In this document: in pieces, positions 1 to 9,796 of the stretch | Layout: each line of letters starts with the position of its first letter | How positions within the stretch are numbered: position 1 is the first letter of the stretch | NCBI GenBank assembly: GCA_963738405.1 | Contig: CAVTWJ010000002.1 | Coordinates: 32,001-96,000 of the forward strand | Reading direction: 5' to 3' | Length of the DNA: 64,000 bases | DNA from: a candidate division FCPU426 bacterium | GTDB taxonomy: Bacteria; Oederibacteriota; Muellerivitia; Muellerivitales; Muellerivitaceae | Notes under the pieces: generated by a model | Seen by the model: only the letters and a program-made list of their open reading frames with translations | Told to the model about the DNA's origin: nothing | Database searches by the model: none | Position numbers and translations under genes: made by a program

Positions 1-319
1 CAAAAATTCCGAAGGAAAGCTTCAGCCATTGCTCGCCCATCTTGTGGGCTCCCCAGGCCCCGGCCCAGGCGCCCAGGATTAAACCCAGCGCTACAAAAAG
101 TGCGGCCCTAAGATCCACATCCCCCTGCTTGTAATATTCCATGACCGCCAGAAGTCCCACGGGAGGAAGCAGGACTGCCAGGCTGGTGCCGGTGGCTTTT
201 TCCTGGGTGAACCCCGCCAAAAAGGTAAGGGCCGGGACAATCAGGATACCCCCGCCGACTCCAAACAAACCCGCCGCCAACCCTGCCGCCAAACCGATTA
301 GTAAAAATAACCCCATCAT
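1..319 (-). CDS. Sulfite exporter TauE/SafE family membrane protein (runs off the window edge; not in ORF track)
   Basis: Manual translation MMGLFLLIGLAAGLAAGLFGVGGGILIVPALTF...ATGTSLA; GLFGVGGG..IVP motif; GGAGG upstream. Confidence 0.85.
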   Translation of the reverse strand, partial: MMGLFLLIGLAAGLAAGLFGVGGGILIVPALTFLAGFTQEKATGTSLAVLLPPVGLLAVMEYYKQGDVDLRAALFVALGLILGAWAGAWGAHKMGEQWLKLSFGIF

Positions 320-334
320 CGGCATCCTCCTATT

Positions 335-556
335 TCACCTGCGAATAGAACAGCTCGATCCCATTTCGGGTTCCTTGGGACGGGTGGTAAAACCCAACAA
401 GGCATAGGGCAGGCACCAACCCATGAGTCCCGTGGCCAAAGGAACGATCCCCAAGAGAAACCATAAATTGGCTGGGCCCCAAAAAGCCAGACTGGTCAAA
501 ATTATACCCACCACAACCCGCACAACCCTCTCCACCAGATGAATATTCTTCTTCAT
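335..556 (-). CDS. DUF2892/YgaP-like small membrane protein
   Basis: MKKNI...ERVVRVVVG...LATGLMGWCLPYALLG pattern. Confidence 0.8.
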   Translation of the reverse strand: MKKNIHLVERVVRVVVGIILTSLAFWGPANLWFLLGIVPLATGLMGWCLPYALLGFTTRPKEPEMGSSCSIRR

Positions 557-569
557 ATCCACACCCCTT

Positions 570-770
570 TTAAACAGCTTTATTTTGCATCTTCCTCAAC
601 AACATTTCCAACGGGCAAAAGCCCGTGAAAGACGACTGCAAAAGATTCAAGCCCACGAACAGGGTGAAATAAAGCCAGTTGTGGGAATGAACCTGATAAA
701 GCACGAGACTAAGCAGGATGAAACTCCCCGCGAATGCCCGAACCTGGGAATCAATCGACATCTTTTTCAT
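570..770 (-). CDS. DUF2892/YgaP-like small membrane protein
   Basis: R.FAG...FVGLNLLQSSFTGFCP motif. Confidence 0.85.
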   Translation of the reverse strand: MKKMSIDSQVRAFAGSFILLSLVLYQVHSHNWLYFTLFVGLNLLQSSFTGFCPLEMLLRKMQNKAV

Positions 771-3700
771 CGCGCCATCTCCTTATGTTCTTGAATGTAT
801 TTTTCCCGCGCAGGTCCCACAAACCAGTAATACAAAACCGGCACCGCCAGGGGACTCAACAGCGTGGCCGCCACTTCCCCGAAGATGAGGCTCAAGGCCA
901 GGCCTTGGAAGATCGGATCCATCAGCATGACCGAACTGCCCACTACAACCGCCTCGGCAGTCAGGAGCATGGGACGGAAACGCAAGACCCCCGCGCTCAT
1001 CACCGCCGCCTTCAGGGGAATGCCCCTGGCCAACTGTCGCTCGGTGAAATCCACCAAAATGATGGAGTTGCGCACGATAATGCCCGCCCCCGCGATAAAG
1101 CCGATCATGGAGGTGGCGGTGAAATAGGAACCTGTCAGCCAATGGCCCGGCAGGATGCCGATGAGGCTCAAGGGGATGGGGGCCATGATGATCAAGGGAA
1201 CCGCGTAACTGCGGAACCAGCCCAGTACCAGCACGTAAATAAGGAGAACCACCACCCCGTAGGCTCCCCCTAGGTCGCGGAAAACCTCGTAGGTGATGAA
1301 CCATTCCCCATCCCACTTCACGACTGGCTTCTGGGTGTCCCAGGGCACCTCGGCGGTCTGCTGTTCGTAGGGAATCTTGGGCGAGAGCTTGAGGATTCCG
1401 TACACCGGCGCCTCGTCCTTGCCAGCCAGTTCGCTCATGACATAGGCGACGGGTTTGAGATTTTTGCGGTAGAGCGTTGCATCTTCCATCGTCACGGGCT
1501 TCTGGATCACATTTTCCAACCGAGCCGTACCGGAAACATAGGAACCCATCATCTCATCCCGGAAAGGGTTGGACCCGGACCGGACCCCCTGGTCAACCGA
1601 CAGGTCCACGCTCACGTCCTCGGGGCTGGAAGCGCCGTTGAGGGTGCCCATGGGGGATTCGAAAAAGATCAGCCGGCCCGCCGACATCACCTGGGCGGCG
1701 TTCAACCCCAACTGCCCCCCCTTGATCTGGTCGAACCCGTAAACGACACGGGGGCGACCCAGCCTCCAGGTGCTGTCCAGGTCCACCACGCTTTCCTCGG
1801 AAGCGAAATCCCGATAAACCTCCTCAGCCACCTGGCGCCGGGTCTTCGCGTCCGGCCCGTAGACCTCAGCCATCATCGTGGCCAAAACCGGGGGGCCGGG
1901 CGGAATCTCGATGACCTTGGTCACCGCGCCCTTGGATTGGCCGAAAGAGAGGATCACCGGACGAAGGGACTGGATGATCTCATGGCTGGATTGTTTTCGT
2001 TCCCCTTTATCGGTCAGGACGATTTGCAGGTCCGCCTGGTAGTCGCTTCCCCTCAAGAAAGTGTGTTTCACCATTCCGGAAAAGGAATAGGGCGCGGCCT
2101 CGCCGGTAAAAACCTGAATCCTCTTCACGTTCGGGTCTTTCAAAATTTGAGACGCCAGTTCCTGGGACCAGGTCAGGCTTTGGTTCAGCGGCGTGGTCGG
2201 CGGGTAATCCAACAGGACCTGAAACTCGTTCTTGTTGTCGAAGGGCAGCATCTTGACCCGCACCGCCTTGAAGGCGAAAAGACTGCAGGAAGCCAGCAGG
2301 AGCAATCCCACCGCCAGGCCCATACCAATAGCCGCTTTTTTGTCAGTCAGGAGCCGGTTCATGGTGGCCTGGTAGATGGCCTTGAGCGGAATTCCCCTGG
2401 TCGGTTCCTTCGCGTGTTCCTTGCCGTAGTTCTTCAACAGCCGAACCGAGGCCCAGGGCGTCACGATGAATGCGACTAACAGGGAGAACAGCATGGCCAT
2501 GCTGGCCCCCACCGGGATGGGTTTCATATAGGGGCCCATCAGCCCCCGCACGAAGGCCATGGGCAAAATGGCGGCGATAACAGTGAAGGTTGCCAGAATA
2601 GTGGGGTTACCGACCTCCGCCACCGCTTCCAGGGTGGCTTTGAGGATGCCCTTCTTGGGGTCGGTCTGCAGGTAACGCTCGATGTTTTCCACCACCACGA
2701 TGGCGTCATCCACCAGGATGCCGATGGAAAAGATCAGAGCGAAAAGCGTGACCCGGTTCAGGGTGTAGCCCATGAAGTAATAGACCGCCAGGGTCAAGGC
2801 CAAGGTGACGGGGATGGCGGTCGCCACCACCAGGGCGGAACGTCCTCCCATAACCAGAGCGATCAGGACGCAAACTGAGAGAGTGGCCAACAGAAGATGT
2901 TCGATCAGTTCTTTCGATTTCTCGCCCGCCGTGGCGCCGTAATCCCGCATGACCGAAAGGTTCACGTCGGGGGGAAGCTGGGCAGCGAAAGTTTTTGCCC
3001 TTTGGAGAAGCTGAGAGGATAGCTCCACCACGTTGGTGCCCTTGCGCTTGGCGAAGACGATGGAGACGGCGGTTTCCGGATCGCCCCCCTTTTCTTTGTC
3101 CAGAAGTACCGAGGCACGGACCCTCTCCTCCGGGCCGTCCACTACCTTGGCGATGTCGCGGATGCGCACCTGGGCGCCGCCCCTTTGCCCTACCGGAATG
3201 GTCTCGATGGCCTTCGCGGAGGTGATCCTCGCCCCCACCTCCACGTCATAGACCTGGCTGTCGCCCCAGGTCTTGCCCGCCGGCGCGTAGGCGTCGTTGG
3301 CCCTCAGGGCCTGCGCCACGTCGGGAAGGGACACGCCCTGCTCAACCAGCCGTTTCGGGTCCACAATGACCCGGATAGCCCTTTTCTGTCCGCCCAGAAG
3401 CTCCACCCTCGACAGGTCGGGGGTGCTGGAAAGTTCCCTTGCCAGTGGGGCCACCAAGGTTCTTAAGGCGAAGTCGTCTCGGCTCTTGGAACTGAAGGTG
3501 AGGGTCAGGAAGGGCACGTCGTCGATGGAATAGGACTTCACCATCGGGGCCGAGGCGTTCTCCGGCAATTGCTGCCGAATAGAGAGGAGCTTGTGGTGCA
3601 CCTTCACCAGGCTTGGTTCCATGGGCTCCCCCACCTTGAAGCGCACCGTCACCAGCGACCCGTGGGGCTGGCTGGCCGAATAGACGTATTCCACCCCGTC

Positions 3701-4012
3701 CAGGCCCCAGACCGCCCTCTCGATGGGCTCGGTGACCTTGCGTTCCACCTCGTCCGCCTCAAAGCCCGGCGCCGCCACCTGGATGTCGATCATGGGGACG
3801 GAGATCTGGGGTTCTTCCTCCTTGGGGGTCAGCCACACGGCCAGAACCCCGAGCACGATGCTCATGACCGCGATGACCGGCGTTAATTTGGAATGGACGA
3901 AGGCCTCGGCCAATGCCCCGGCGAAGCCCCTGTTCGCTTTCATGTTTTTTTCTTGGTTCAAATCGGGTCGTTTCTCCATGTCTCTGTGCCTCTGTGGTGG
4001 ATTACTTTTCAT
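767..4012 (-). CDS. RND efflux transporter permease (AcrB/AcrD/AcrF family); true start may be 3943
   Basis: About 1060-1080 aa; GILVDDAIVVVEN, GIIVRNSIILVD and RFRPMLLT motifs. Confidence 0.95.
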   Translation of the reverse strand: MKSNPPQRHRDMEKRPDLNQEKNMKANRGFAGALAEAFVHSKLTPVIAVMSIVLGVLAVWLTPKEEEPQISVPMIDIQVAAPGFEADEVERKVTEPIERAVWGLDGVEYVYSASQPHGSLVTVRFKVGEPMEPSLVKVHHKLLSIRQQLPENASAPMVKSYSIDDVPFLTLTFSSKSRDDFALRTLVAPLARELSSTPDLSRVELLGGQKRAIRVIVDPKRLVEQGVSLPDVAQALRANDAYAPAGKTWGDSQVYDVEVGARITSAKAIETIPVGQRGGAQVRIRDIAKVVDGPEERVRASVLLDKEKGGDPETAVSIVFAKRKGTNVVELSSQLLQRAKTFAAQLPPDVNLSVMRDYGATAGEKSKELIEHLLLATLSVCVLIALVMGGRSALVVATAIPVTLALTLAVYYFMGYTLNRVTLFALIFSIGILVDDAIVVVENIERYLQTDPKKGILKATLEAVAEVGNPTILATFTVIAAILPMAFVRGLMGPYMKPIPVGASMAMLFSLLVAFIVTPWASVRLLKNYGKEHAKEPTRGIPLKAIYQATMNRLLTDKKAAIGMGLAVGLLLLASCSLFAFKAVRVKMLPFDNKNEFQVLLDYPPTTPLNQSLTWSQELASQILKDPNVKRIQVFTGEAAPYSFSGMVKHTFLRGSDYQADLQIVLTDKGERKQSSHEIIQSLRPVILSFGQSKGAVTKVIEIPPGPPVLATMMAEVYGPDAKTRRQVAEEVYRDFASEESVVDLDSTWRLGRPRVVYGFDQIKGGQLGLNAAQVMSAGRLIFFESPMGTLNGASSPEDVSVDLSVDQGVRSGSNPFRDEMMGSYVSGTARLENVIQKPVTMEDATLYRKNLKPVAYVMSELAGKDEAPVYGILKLSPKIPYEQQTAEVPWDTQKPVVKWDGEWFITYEVFRDLGGAYGVVVLLIYVLVLGWFRSYAVPLIIMAPIPLSLIGILPGHWLTGSYFTATSMIGFIAGAGIIVRNSIILVDFTERQLARGIPLKAAVMSAGVLRFRPMLLTAEAVVVGSSVMLMDPIFQGLALSLIFGEVAATLLSPLAVPVLYYWFVGPAREKYIQEHKEMAR

Positions 4013-5318
4013 TGGAAGGCTCCTGGAATCCGGAATTCACGGCCAACTGGACCCTAGCCTGCACCAATTCCATTTCCGCCTGGGCCCGGCTGGTGATCAG
4101 GTCCGCCCGGCGGGATAACACCTCCACCAATTGAAGGGCGTTGATGGAGCCCTCTTTAAACAGGTTCCGGGCGGTCTCGGTTTGCTCTTCCAACAGTTTG
4201 GAACTGTCCTCCATCAGGGCCAGGTTCGACTCCAGCGCCTTTTTGGATTCCACGGCCTGGACCCGGTCGGCCGCTGATTTTTGCCGCAGAACCTCGGCTT
4301 CCTCCCGCGAGGCTTTCGCGTCCGCTTGGGCCTGATCGCCCGCGCCGAAATTGGGCACGTCCAGCAGATCCCATTGCAGGTAGGCCCCGGCGGTATAGCT
4401 GGTGCCCGTGGCACGATCCCCGTTTTGGACGGAACCCTGCCCGAAGAGGGCGACCCGCGGGAGCAGAAGAGCGTTCTGGGCTCCTTCCATCTTTTCGGCG
4501 GCCTCGGCATGGGAAAGGGCGGCTTTCACGTATGCGGGTTCTTCCGCCGGGGAAGAGGGGAAGGCTTGGTCGAGGAAGGCTTCATCTGCAAGGGAAACAG
4601 GAGCCCAATCGGTTGCTAGGCCTGGGGCCTCAATTCCGATCTGGCCTTTGAGGGTATTTTCCTGGGCCTGGTCCTGAACCGACAGGCCCGAAAGCCGATT
4701 CTGGAGGTTTTTCAAGCCCAGAAGGCCCGAATAGCCTACGGGATTCGATTTGGATCCGATGGTGTAATGATCGAGAACGGCCTGAACCTGGGTCTGGAGC
4801 GCTGTCACCGCGCCCTCCTCATCTTGGGTTACCAGCAGGTCGGCGTATTTCGCGGCCAGCTTTACATATTCTTGCGTTTGGACCGAGTCGTCCTGCCATT
4901 GAATGGCCTCTTTCATCTTGCGGGCCGAGTCGGCAAGCGCCTCCTTGCCCCCGCCCTCGAAGAGGGGGAAATCGAGCCCCAGCGTCCCGCTTTCGTAGAA
5001 CTTGTCCAGGGGCTCATTAAGGGCGGCGGGTGAAAAATCCGCCGGGGCGATCTGCCGCTCCTCCAGAAGGGACATGAAGGATCGGGCCGGGTCGTTGGTC
5101 TCGTAGGCCCGGGCGTCCAGGGCGAGGCGGGGAAACCAGTGGTTCGCGGACCGGCTTTCGGCAATCTCGGCAGATTTCAATTGGGCCTGGGAAGACTGGA
5201 TTGCGGGCGAGGCTTTCTTCACAAGATTCCAAAGTTCCGGGAAAGGTATCTCTTGCCCCGCCTGGACCGGGCATAGGGACAGGAGGCAAACCACGGCGAT
5301 CAAACCCATTCGTATCAA
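4002..5318 (-). CDS. TolC-family outer membrane efflux protein
   Basis: Signal peptide, 438 aa, two OEP-like helical repeats, adjacent to the RND gene. Confidence 0.85.
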   Translation of the reverse strand: MIRMGLIAVVCLLSLCPVQAGQEIPFPELWNLVKKASPAIQSSQAQLKSAEIAESRSANHWFPRLALDARAYETNDPARSFMSLLEERQIAPADFSPAALNEPLDKFYESGTLGLDFPLFEGGGKEALADSARKMKEAIQWQDDSVQTQEYVKLAAKYADLLVTQDEEGAVTALQTQVQAVLDHYTIGSKSNPVGYSGLLGLKNLQNRLSGLSVQDQAQENTLKGQIGIEAPGLATDWAPVSLADEAFLDQAFPSSPAEEPAYVKAALSHAEAAEKMEGAQNALLLPRVALFGQGSVQNGDRATGTSYTAGAYLQWDLLDVPNFGAGDQAQADAKASREEAEVLRQKSAADRVQAVESKKALESNLALMEDSSKLLEEQTETARNLFKEGSINALQLVEVLSRRADLITSRAQAEMELVQARVQLAVNSGFQEPSNEK

Positions 5319-5345
5319 GTTAGACTCCTTATTTTTCTTGTTCGA

Positions 5346-5501
5346 TTACGCGTGACTAAAAAAGAAACCCATCAGGGCCCCGTAAAGGGTGCTGATCCAG
5401 GGGTTGGCGGTGATGGGGCAGGCCCCGGTGGAACAACCCACCAGCTTGTGGTAGCCGAATCCCAACGCTGCCCCGATCGCGACACTTAAAAGAATCTTCA
5501 T
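5346..5501 (-). CDS. Small membrane protein, DUF6132-like (51 aa; not in ORF track)
   Basis: MKILLSVAIGAALGFGYHKLVGCSTGACPITANPWISTLYGALMGFFFSHA; GC.TG.CPIT.NP motif; GGAGG RBS. Confidence 0.85.
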   Translation of the reverse strand: MKILLSVAIGAALGFGYHKLVGCSTGACPITANPWISTLYGALMGFFFSHA

Positions 5502-5516
5502 CACCACCTCCATAAC

Positions 5517-5538
5517 AAAATTAGATTTTCCTAATATA
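5517..5538. promoter_or_regulatory. Probable ArsR operator, copy 2
   Basis: AAAATTAG-N6-CTAATATA, near copy of the 5864-5885 palindrome, directly upstream of the efflux operon. Confidence 0.65.
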
Positions 5539-5555
5539 GATAAACAAAAAAAGGG

Positions 5556-5846
5556 TTACTTTTCCGGTTCGCAAAACACTTCCCGCATCAATTCAACCAG
5601 CTGAAGAATTTTCGGGTTCTGGATCGAGTAATAGATCATGTTCCCTTCCCGGCGGGTGACCACCAAATTCCTTTCTTTCATTTTGACTAAATGCTGGGAA
5701 ACATTGGATTGGGAAGCGCCCAGACCCTCGGTCAATTCCTGGACGTTCTTCTCGCCTTCGGCCAACATGGCCAAAATGGAAAGCCTGTGCGGATGGGCAA
5801 AAGCCTTGACGCAATGGGCGGCTTTATGGATTTGCGCTGTTTTCAT
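5556..5846 (-). CDS. ArsR/SmtB family repressor (possibly BigR/SqrR-like)
   Basis: KAFAHPHRLSIL...SQSNVSQHL...RREGNMIYYS; one Cys near each end. Confidence 0.92.
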   Translation of the reverse strand: MKTAQIHKAAHCVKAFAHPHRLSILAMLAEGEKNVQELTEGLGASQSNVSQHLVKMKERNLVVTRREGNMIYYSIQNPKILQLVELMREVFCEPEK

Positions 5847-5863
5847 ATTCGGAGCCTCGTTCT

Positions 5864-5899
5864 TATATTAGATATTACTAATATAGATTAAAAAGTCAA
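5864..5899 (-). promoter_or_regulatory. Sigma70-type promoter overlapped by a palindromic operator
   Basis: Minus strand TTGACT-N16-TAATAT; perfect inverted arms TATATTAG-N6-CTAATATA at 5864-5885. Confidence 0.7.
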
Positions 5900-5943
5900 G
5901 AGCCCATTTAATTGAATGAAAACTTGTTTCTTTGAATGGAGCC

Positions 5944-6411
5944 TTAGGGATTTTCCCTGGATCTCTTAAATTCCAGGAGTTCTTTGAATTCCCGCGCCAA
6001 TTCATCGCCCTTGATCAATTCGTCGGAAACGTCCCGCACGATGATCCGGGGGTCGTCCGCGATCTCCGCGATGCTTTCCCAGGCGAGAACCGACATCCGC
6101 GGATGATAGGCCAGGGAAAACACCGATACTTCCTTTTCATCTATATACATCTGGCGGAAAAACTCGCGGTCGGAAGGGCTATGCAGGAAAAGATCACCGG
6201 CTTCCCCATCATGGATCAGAAAAAATTCTTCCATGGGGCGTTTGAAACTAAATTCGAGAAAAACCACCAAGTGGTTGTTCCCTTTTCGTTGAATGCCGAT
6301 CCGGTTGGAGGTGATTTCAAATGATTCCATGGCCGGTTTTTCTAATTTGGGCAAAAAATAGTTTCTAAGGGTGTAGGAACTTGGGACATAAAGCAGAAAT
6401 TCTTTGGTCAT
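5944..6411 (-). CDS. Hypothetical protein
   Basis: 155-aa ORF co-oriented with neighbours, purine-rich RBS. Confidence 0.6.
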   Translation of the reverse strand: MTKEFLLYVPSSYTLRNYFLPKLEKPAMESFEITSNRIGIQRKGNNHLVVFLEFSFKRPMEEFFLIHDGEAGDLFLHSPSDREFFRQMYIDEKEVSVFSLAYHPRMSVLAWESIAEIADDPRIIVRDVSDELIKGDELAREFKELLEFKRSRENP

Positions 6412-6447
6412 CTTTCCCTTTCCATCGGGTTCATCGCCGTGATGGTT

Positions 6448-7155
6448 CTAAACCCTGCATAGAGTCCCAGAAGCGCTTTCCTCCAACTTACCCGTTCCAC
6501 AAGCCGAGCAGAGGGGATTTCGTTGGGGGATGAGGGATCGAATGCTTCTTTTTTGAATCTCCACTTTCCAAAGCCGCAAGGGGCGCTTTCCCTCCGCCAT
6601 CCGGATCAGCTCCTTTGCCGCAAGACTTCCCACCATCTGGGAGAAAGAACCCAGAACCCCCGCTTCCCGGCAGGTGGGCATGGCAAAGGGAGGCGGAATC
6701 TTAGGGATCAGACACCTTAAACAGGCCGTTTCCCCCGGAGCCACCGCCAGTACTTGGCCCTCAAACATCACCACCCCCGCGTGCACAAAGGGCTTGCCCG
6801 TTTTGACGCACCAATCGTTAAGCAAAAACTTCTTTTCCAGGCGGTCCAAGCCGTCCACCACCAGGTCAAAGCAGGAAAGAACCTTTTCGGCGTTGGAGGC
6901 ATCCAGGGCTTCCGGAATCGCCTCAAAGGCTCCATTGGGATAAAGGCGCAAAAGCTTTTTTACGGCGGTTTCGGCCTTAGGTTTTCCCAAGTCGTCATCA
7001 GAATAAAGTATCTGCCGGTGAAGATTGGAAAGCTCGACCTTGTCCGGGTCCATCAGGGTCAGGTTGTGAAACCCTTCAGCAGCTAGGGCTAAGGCCACAG
7101 GACAACCAAGCCCTCCCGCCCCGACGATCAATATTTTTTTATTTGAATTGAACAT
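6448..7155 (-). CDS. ThiF/MoeB/HesA family adenylyltransferase
   Basis: GAGGLG, DKVELSNLHRQ, CLRC and CSAC zinc motifs. Confidence 0.92.
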   Translation of the reverse strand: MFNSNKKILIVGAGGLGCPVALALAAEGFHNLTLMDPDKVELSNLHRQILYSDDDLGKPKAETAVKKLLRLYPNGAFEAIPEALDASNAEKVLSCFDLVVDGLDRLEKKFLLNDWCVKTGKPFVHAGVVMFEGQVLAVAPGETACLRCLIPKIPPPFAMPTCREAGVLGSFSQMVGSLAAKELIRMAEGKRPLRLWKVEIQKRSIRSLIPQRNPLCSACGTGKLEESASGTLCRV

Positions 7156-7214
7156 GATTTTAAACAATAAACCTCAAGTTTGACGCCATTAGCAAGGGCG
7201 CCGCTTTTGATGGG

Positions 7215-8198
7215 TCAATAAACTCCCCGGATTTGTTTTTCCACCTGAGCCCAGTAGAAATCCCTTAAATCCTGATGCAAGGTTTCGGATAAAGAAGGCA
7301 AGTCGCTGGCCGAGGCGTTTTCCATGGCCTGGGCCGCCGTTTTCCCGCCGGGAATCAAGGTCGTGACCGCGTCAAAATCCAAGCACCAACGGTTGGCCAT
7401 TTGGCCCAGGTTCATGCCGGAAGGAACCATGGGCTTCAACTGTTCCACCAATTCCACCCCCTTCTCAAAGGGAATTCCCGCGAAGGTTTCGCCCACGTTG
7501 AAAGCCTGTCCGTCGCGGTTATAGGTGCGGTGGTCCTGCGGGGCAAACTGGGTGTTTTTGACATATTTTCCAGCCAGAAGCCCGCTGGCCAAGGGAAGCC
7601 GAACAATCAAGGCGATCTCTTTCTCCCGGGCCTTTTCAAAAAGCACATCAATGGGTTTTTGTCTGAAGATATTAAAAATAATTTGGAGCGATTCCATCCC
7701 CTCTTGATCGAGGCAAAGCAGGGCCTGGTCCATGGATTCCACGCTCACGCCGAAGCGCTTGATCTTGCCCAGCTTTTTGAGCTTTCGGAGCCAGCCGAAC
7801 ATATCTCCTTTTTCTAATTCGGAAGTTGGCGGGCAGTGCAATTGGGTTAAATCGAGCGAATCGACCCCCAGGCGGTTCAGGGACCCTTCGGTATGCTTCT
7901 CAAAGGATGGCCAAGTGAAGTTCGCCGTGCCTCCCGGCTCGGGAAAACGGATGATCTTGGTGGCAATGAATATTTTGGCCTTGGTTTCTTTTAGAAATTT
8001 TCCAATCAAGGTCTCGCTTCGCCCCGCCCCGTAAACATCGGCGGTATCGAAAAAATCAACGCCCGAATCCACGGCGGCTTTCATGGTCTCGAAGGCCTGG
8101 GTTTCGGAAACCTCTCCCCAATCCCCGCCGAACTGCCAGGTTCCGAGCCCCACCTCGGAAACTTCCGGCCCCGATTTCCCGAATTTACGTTTTTTCAT
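7215..8198 (-). CDS. Aldo/keto reductase
   Basis: GLGTWQFGG, FFDTADVYG, IATK, PLASGLL motifs. Confidence 0.95.
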   Translation of the reverse strand: MKKRKFGKSGPEVSEVGLGTWQFGGDWGEVSETQAFETMKAAVDSGVDFFDTADVYGAGRSETLIGKFLKETKAKIFIATKIIRFPEPGGTANFTWPSFEKHTEGSLNRLGVDSLDLTQLHCPPTSELEKGDMFGWLRKLKKLGKIKRFGVSVESMDQALLCLDQEGMESLQIIFNIFRQKPIDVLFEKAREKEIALIVRLPLASGLLAGKYVKNTQFAPQDHRTYNRDGQAFNVGETFAGIPFEKGVELVEQLKPMVPSGMNLGQMANRWCLDFDAVTTLIPGGKTAAQAMENASASDLPSLSETLHQDLRDFYWAQVEKQIRGVY

Positions 8199-8247
8199 GC
8201 CGCCTCCGCTTTATGCGTCTTGGAATTTCATGAATTATAAATGGTTT

Positions 8248-9726
8248 CTAAGGGTTTCCCGCCACTAAATGAAGGATCACATCCTTCAGCCTTCCGCCGT
8301 CCTTCGTGAAAACGACCAAGTAATAACCGGGAGCCACCGGCCTTCCCGATTCATCTTTCCCATCCCACAAAGCCCAATCATCCGCCTCGGCCACCACCTT
8401 CTTTTGATAGATGGGTCGAATCAAACGGTTCTGGCTGTCATAAACCGCCAGGCGGTAGACCCCCGGCCCATCGGAGAAGCTGACATATAGATTGGCGGGC
8501 GGCGCCTCCACCTCCATCGTCTGGGCCTGGGATTCAACGGGTTTTGGACCAAAGGTGGCGGTGGGTTGTTGGGGTACTACAGGGATCGCCGTGGGGGTAT
8601 CGACCGGGGGATGGTATTCCCAATTGACAGTGGGTGTGGGCGTGAAAAAAGGTGTTGGCTTAGAAATGATTATCCGTAAGGGGGCGGGATGTGCCAAGCG
8701 ACGTGGGGAGGGGCTTGGAACTACGGGGAGTTTCTTGACCGGGATGGTTGGAAACCAGACCCTGAGCGTTGGAGTTGCCACCGGGTTGATTAAAGGCGAC
8801 TGGGAAGTATTTCGGGGCCAAGGAGCCGGAAGGTAGGTCAAGGTCGGCCAAGGAGTTGCGGTTGGCGCCAAGGCAATATAAACCCGAGGGGTCGGAATCA
8901 AGGGTTCGGCGGGAATGGCAGTCGGCAGGGGTGTTGGAGTAGGGCGCGGCGTTTGAGTTGGGGTCGGTCGCGGAGGACGAGGCATCTGGGGGTGTCGGGG
9001 CCCTTCCGGCTCAACCACCCTGGAGACTTCTTTGGGAATGACCGCCGTTGGCGTTAAACAATAGGGACTTTGGCTGATGGGAAGGCTGAAATAGCGCCTA
9101 AAAAGATGCCGTTCGCCGGGGTGCAGGGCTTGAGTTTCTTGGGAGCGGGCCGAAAGAAAGCTCGCCAAAACACCCGAATCCGGGTCTTTTACCTGGGCAC
9201 AATCGGGAACCGTGGCGCCGAGGGCAAAGGCTGAAATCCATCCGGCGTCATTAAAATATTTGAACTGCCATCCCGAAGGGTCCGAATCCATTTCATCCGG
9301 TATATAAAAGGCCCGGTGTTGGTCCGTCTCGCTGCTGGCAAGAATGACTTCCCTTCCGTCGGACAACCTCATCTTCAATATATAGGCAAGGCCTATCGAA
9401 GCCTGAAGCAGCGTCTGGGGCTTCACCACCGACTTGGCGACCTCCAGGGCCAGAATATTCTCGCGGGTGAAATAGCAGAGGCTGGAGGGTTTGGCCTTGA
9501 TGGTCTTAAACCCCTTCTCCGGCGGGGTATGGGGCTGCTGGTCCACAATGTGGACTCCATTGAGCCAAACATCGGCCCAATTATCGACGCTTAGGTAAAT
9601 CGTCGCGGAAACCAGGTAGGGGTCGTCCGTCTGGGCGGAGAGGGGGGAGAAAAGAAAGAATCCCCCGAGTATCAGACCGAAGACAAATATGCGCCCTCGT
9701 TTATTTGGTAGAAATTTCCCGTTCAT
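8248..9726 (-). CDS. Secreted protein: beta-sandwich-like N-domain, Pro/Thr-rich linker, C-terminal FlgD-Ig-like domain
   Basis: Signal peptide; VDNWADVWLNG; PTPT tracts; WDGKDESG...PGYY motif. Confidence 0.7.
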   Translation of the reverse strand: MNGKFLPNKRGRIFVFGLILGGFFLFSPLSAQTDDPYLVSATIYLSVDNWADVWLNGVHIVDQQPHTPPEKGFKTIKAKPSSLCYFTRENILALEVAKSVVKPQTLLQASIGLAYILKMRLSDGREVILASSETDQHRAFYIPDEMDSDPSGWQFKYFNDAGWISAFALGATVPDCAQVKDPDSGVLASFLSARSQETQALHPGERHLFRRYFSLPISQSPYCLTPTAVIPKEVSRVVEPEGPRHPQMPRPPRPTPTQTPRPTPTPLPTAIPAEPLIPTPRVYIALAPTATPWPTLTYLPAPWPRNTSQSPLINPVATPTLRVWFPTIPVKKLPVVPSPSPRRLAHPAPLRIIISKPTPFFTPTPTVNWEYHPPVDTPTAIPVVPQQPTATFGPKPVESQAQTMEVEAPPANLYVSFSDGPGVYRLAVYDSQNRLIRPIYQKKVVAEADDWALWDGKDESGRPVAPGYYLVVFTKDGGRLKDVILHLVAGNP

Positions 9727-9796
9727 GAGCGGACAGGATAACACGCTCCCAAGCTCAACCAACGGCTGGGTGGGGGCGTAACATTCCCGGCAATAT

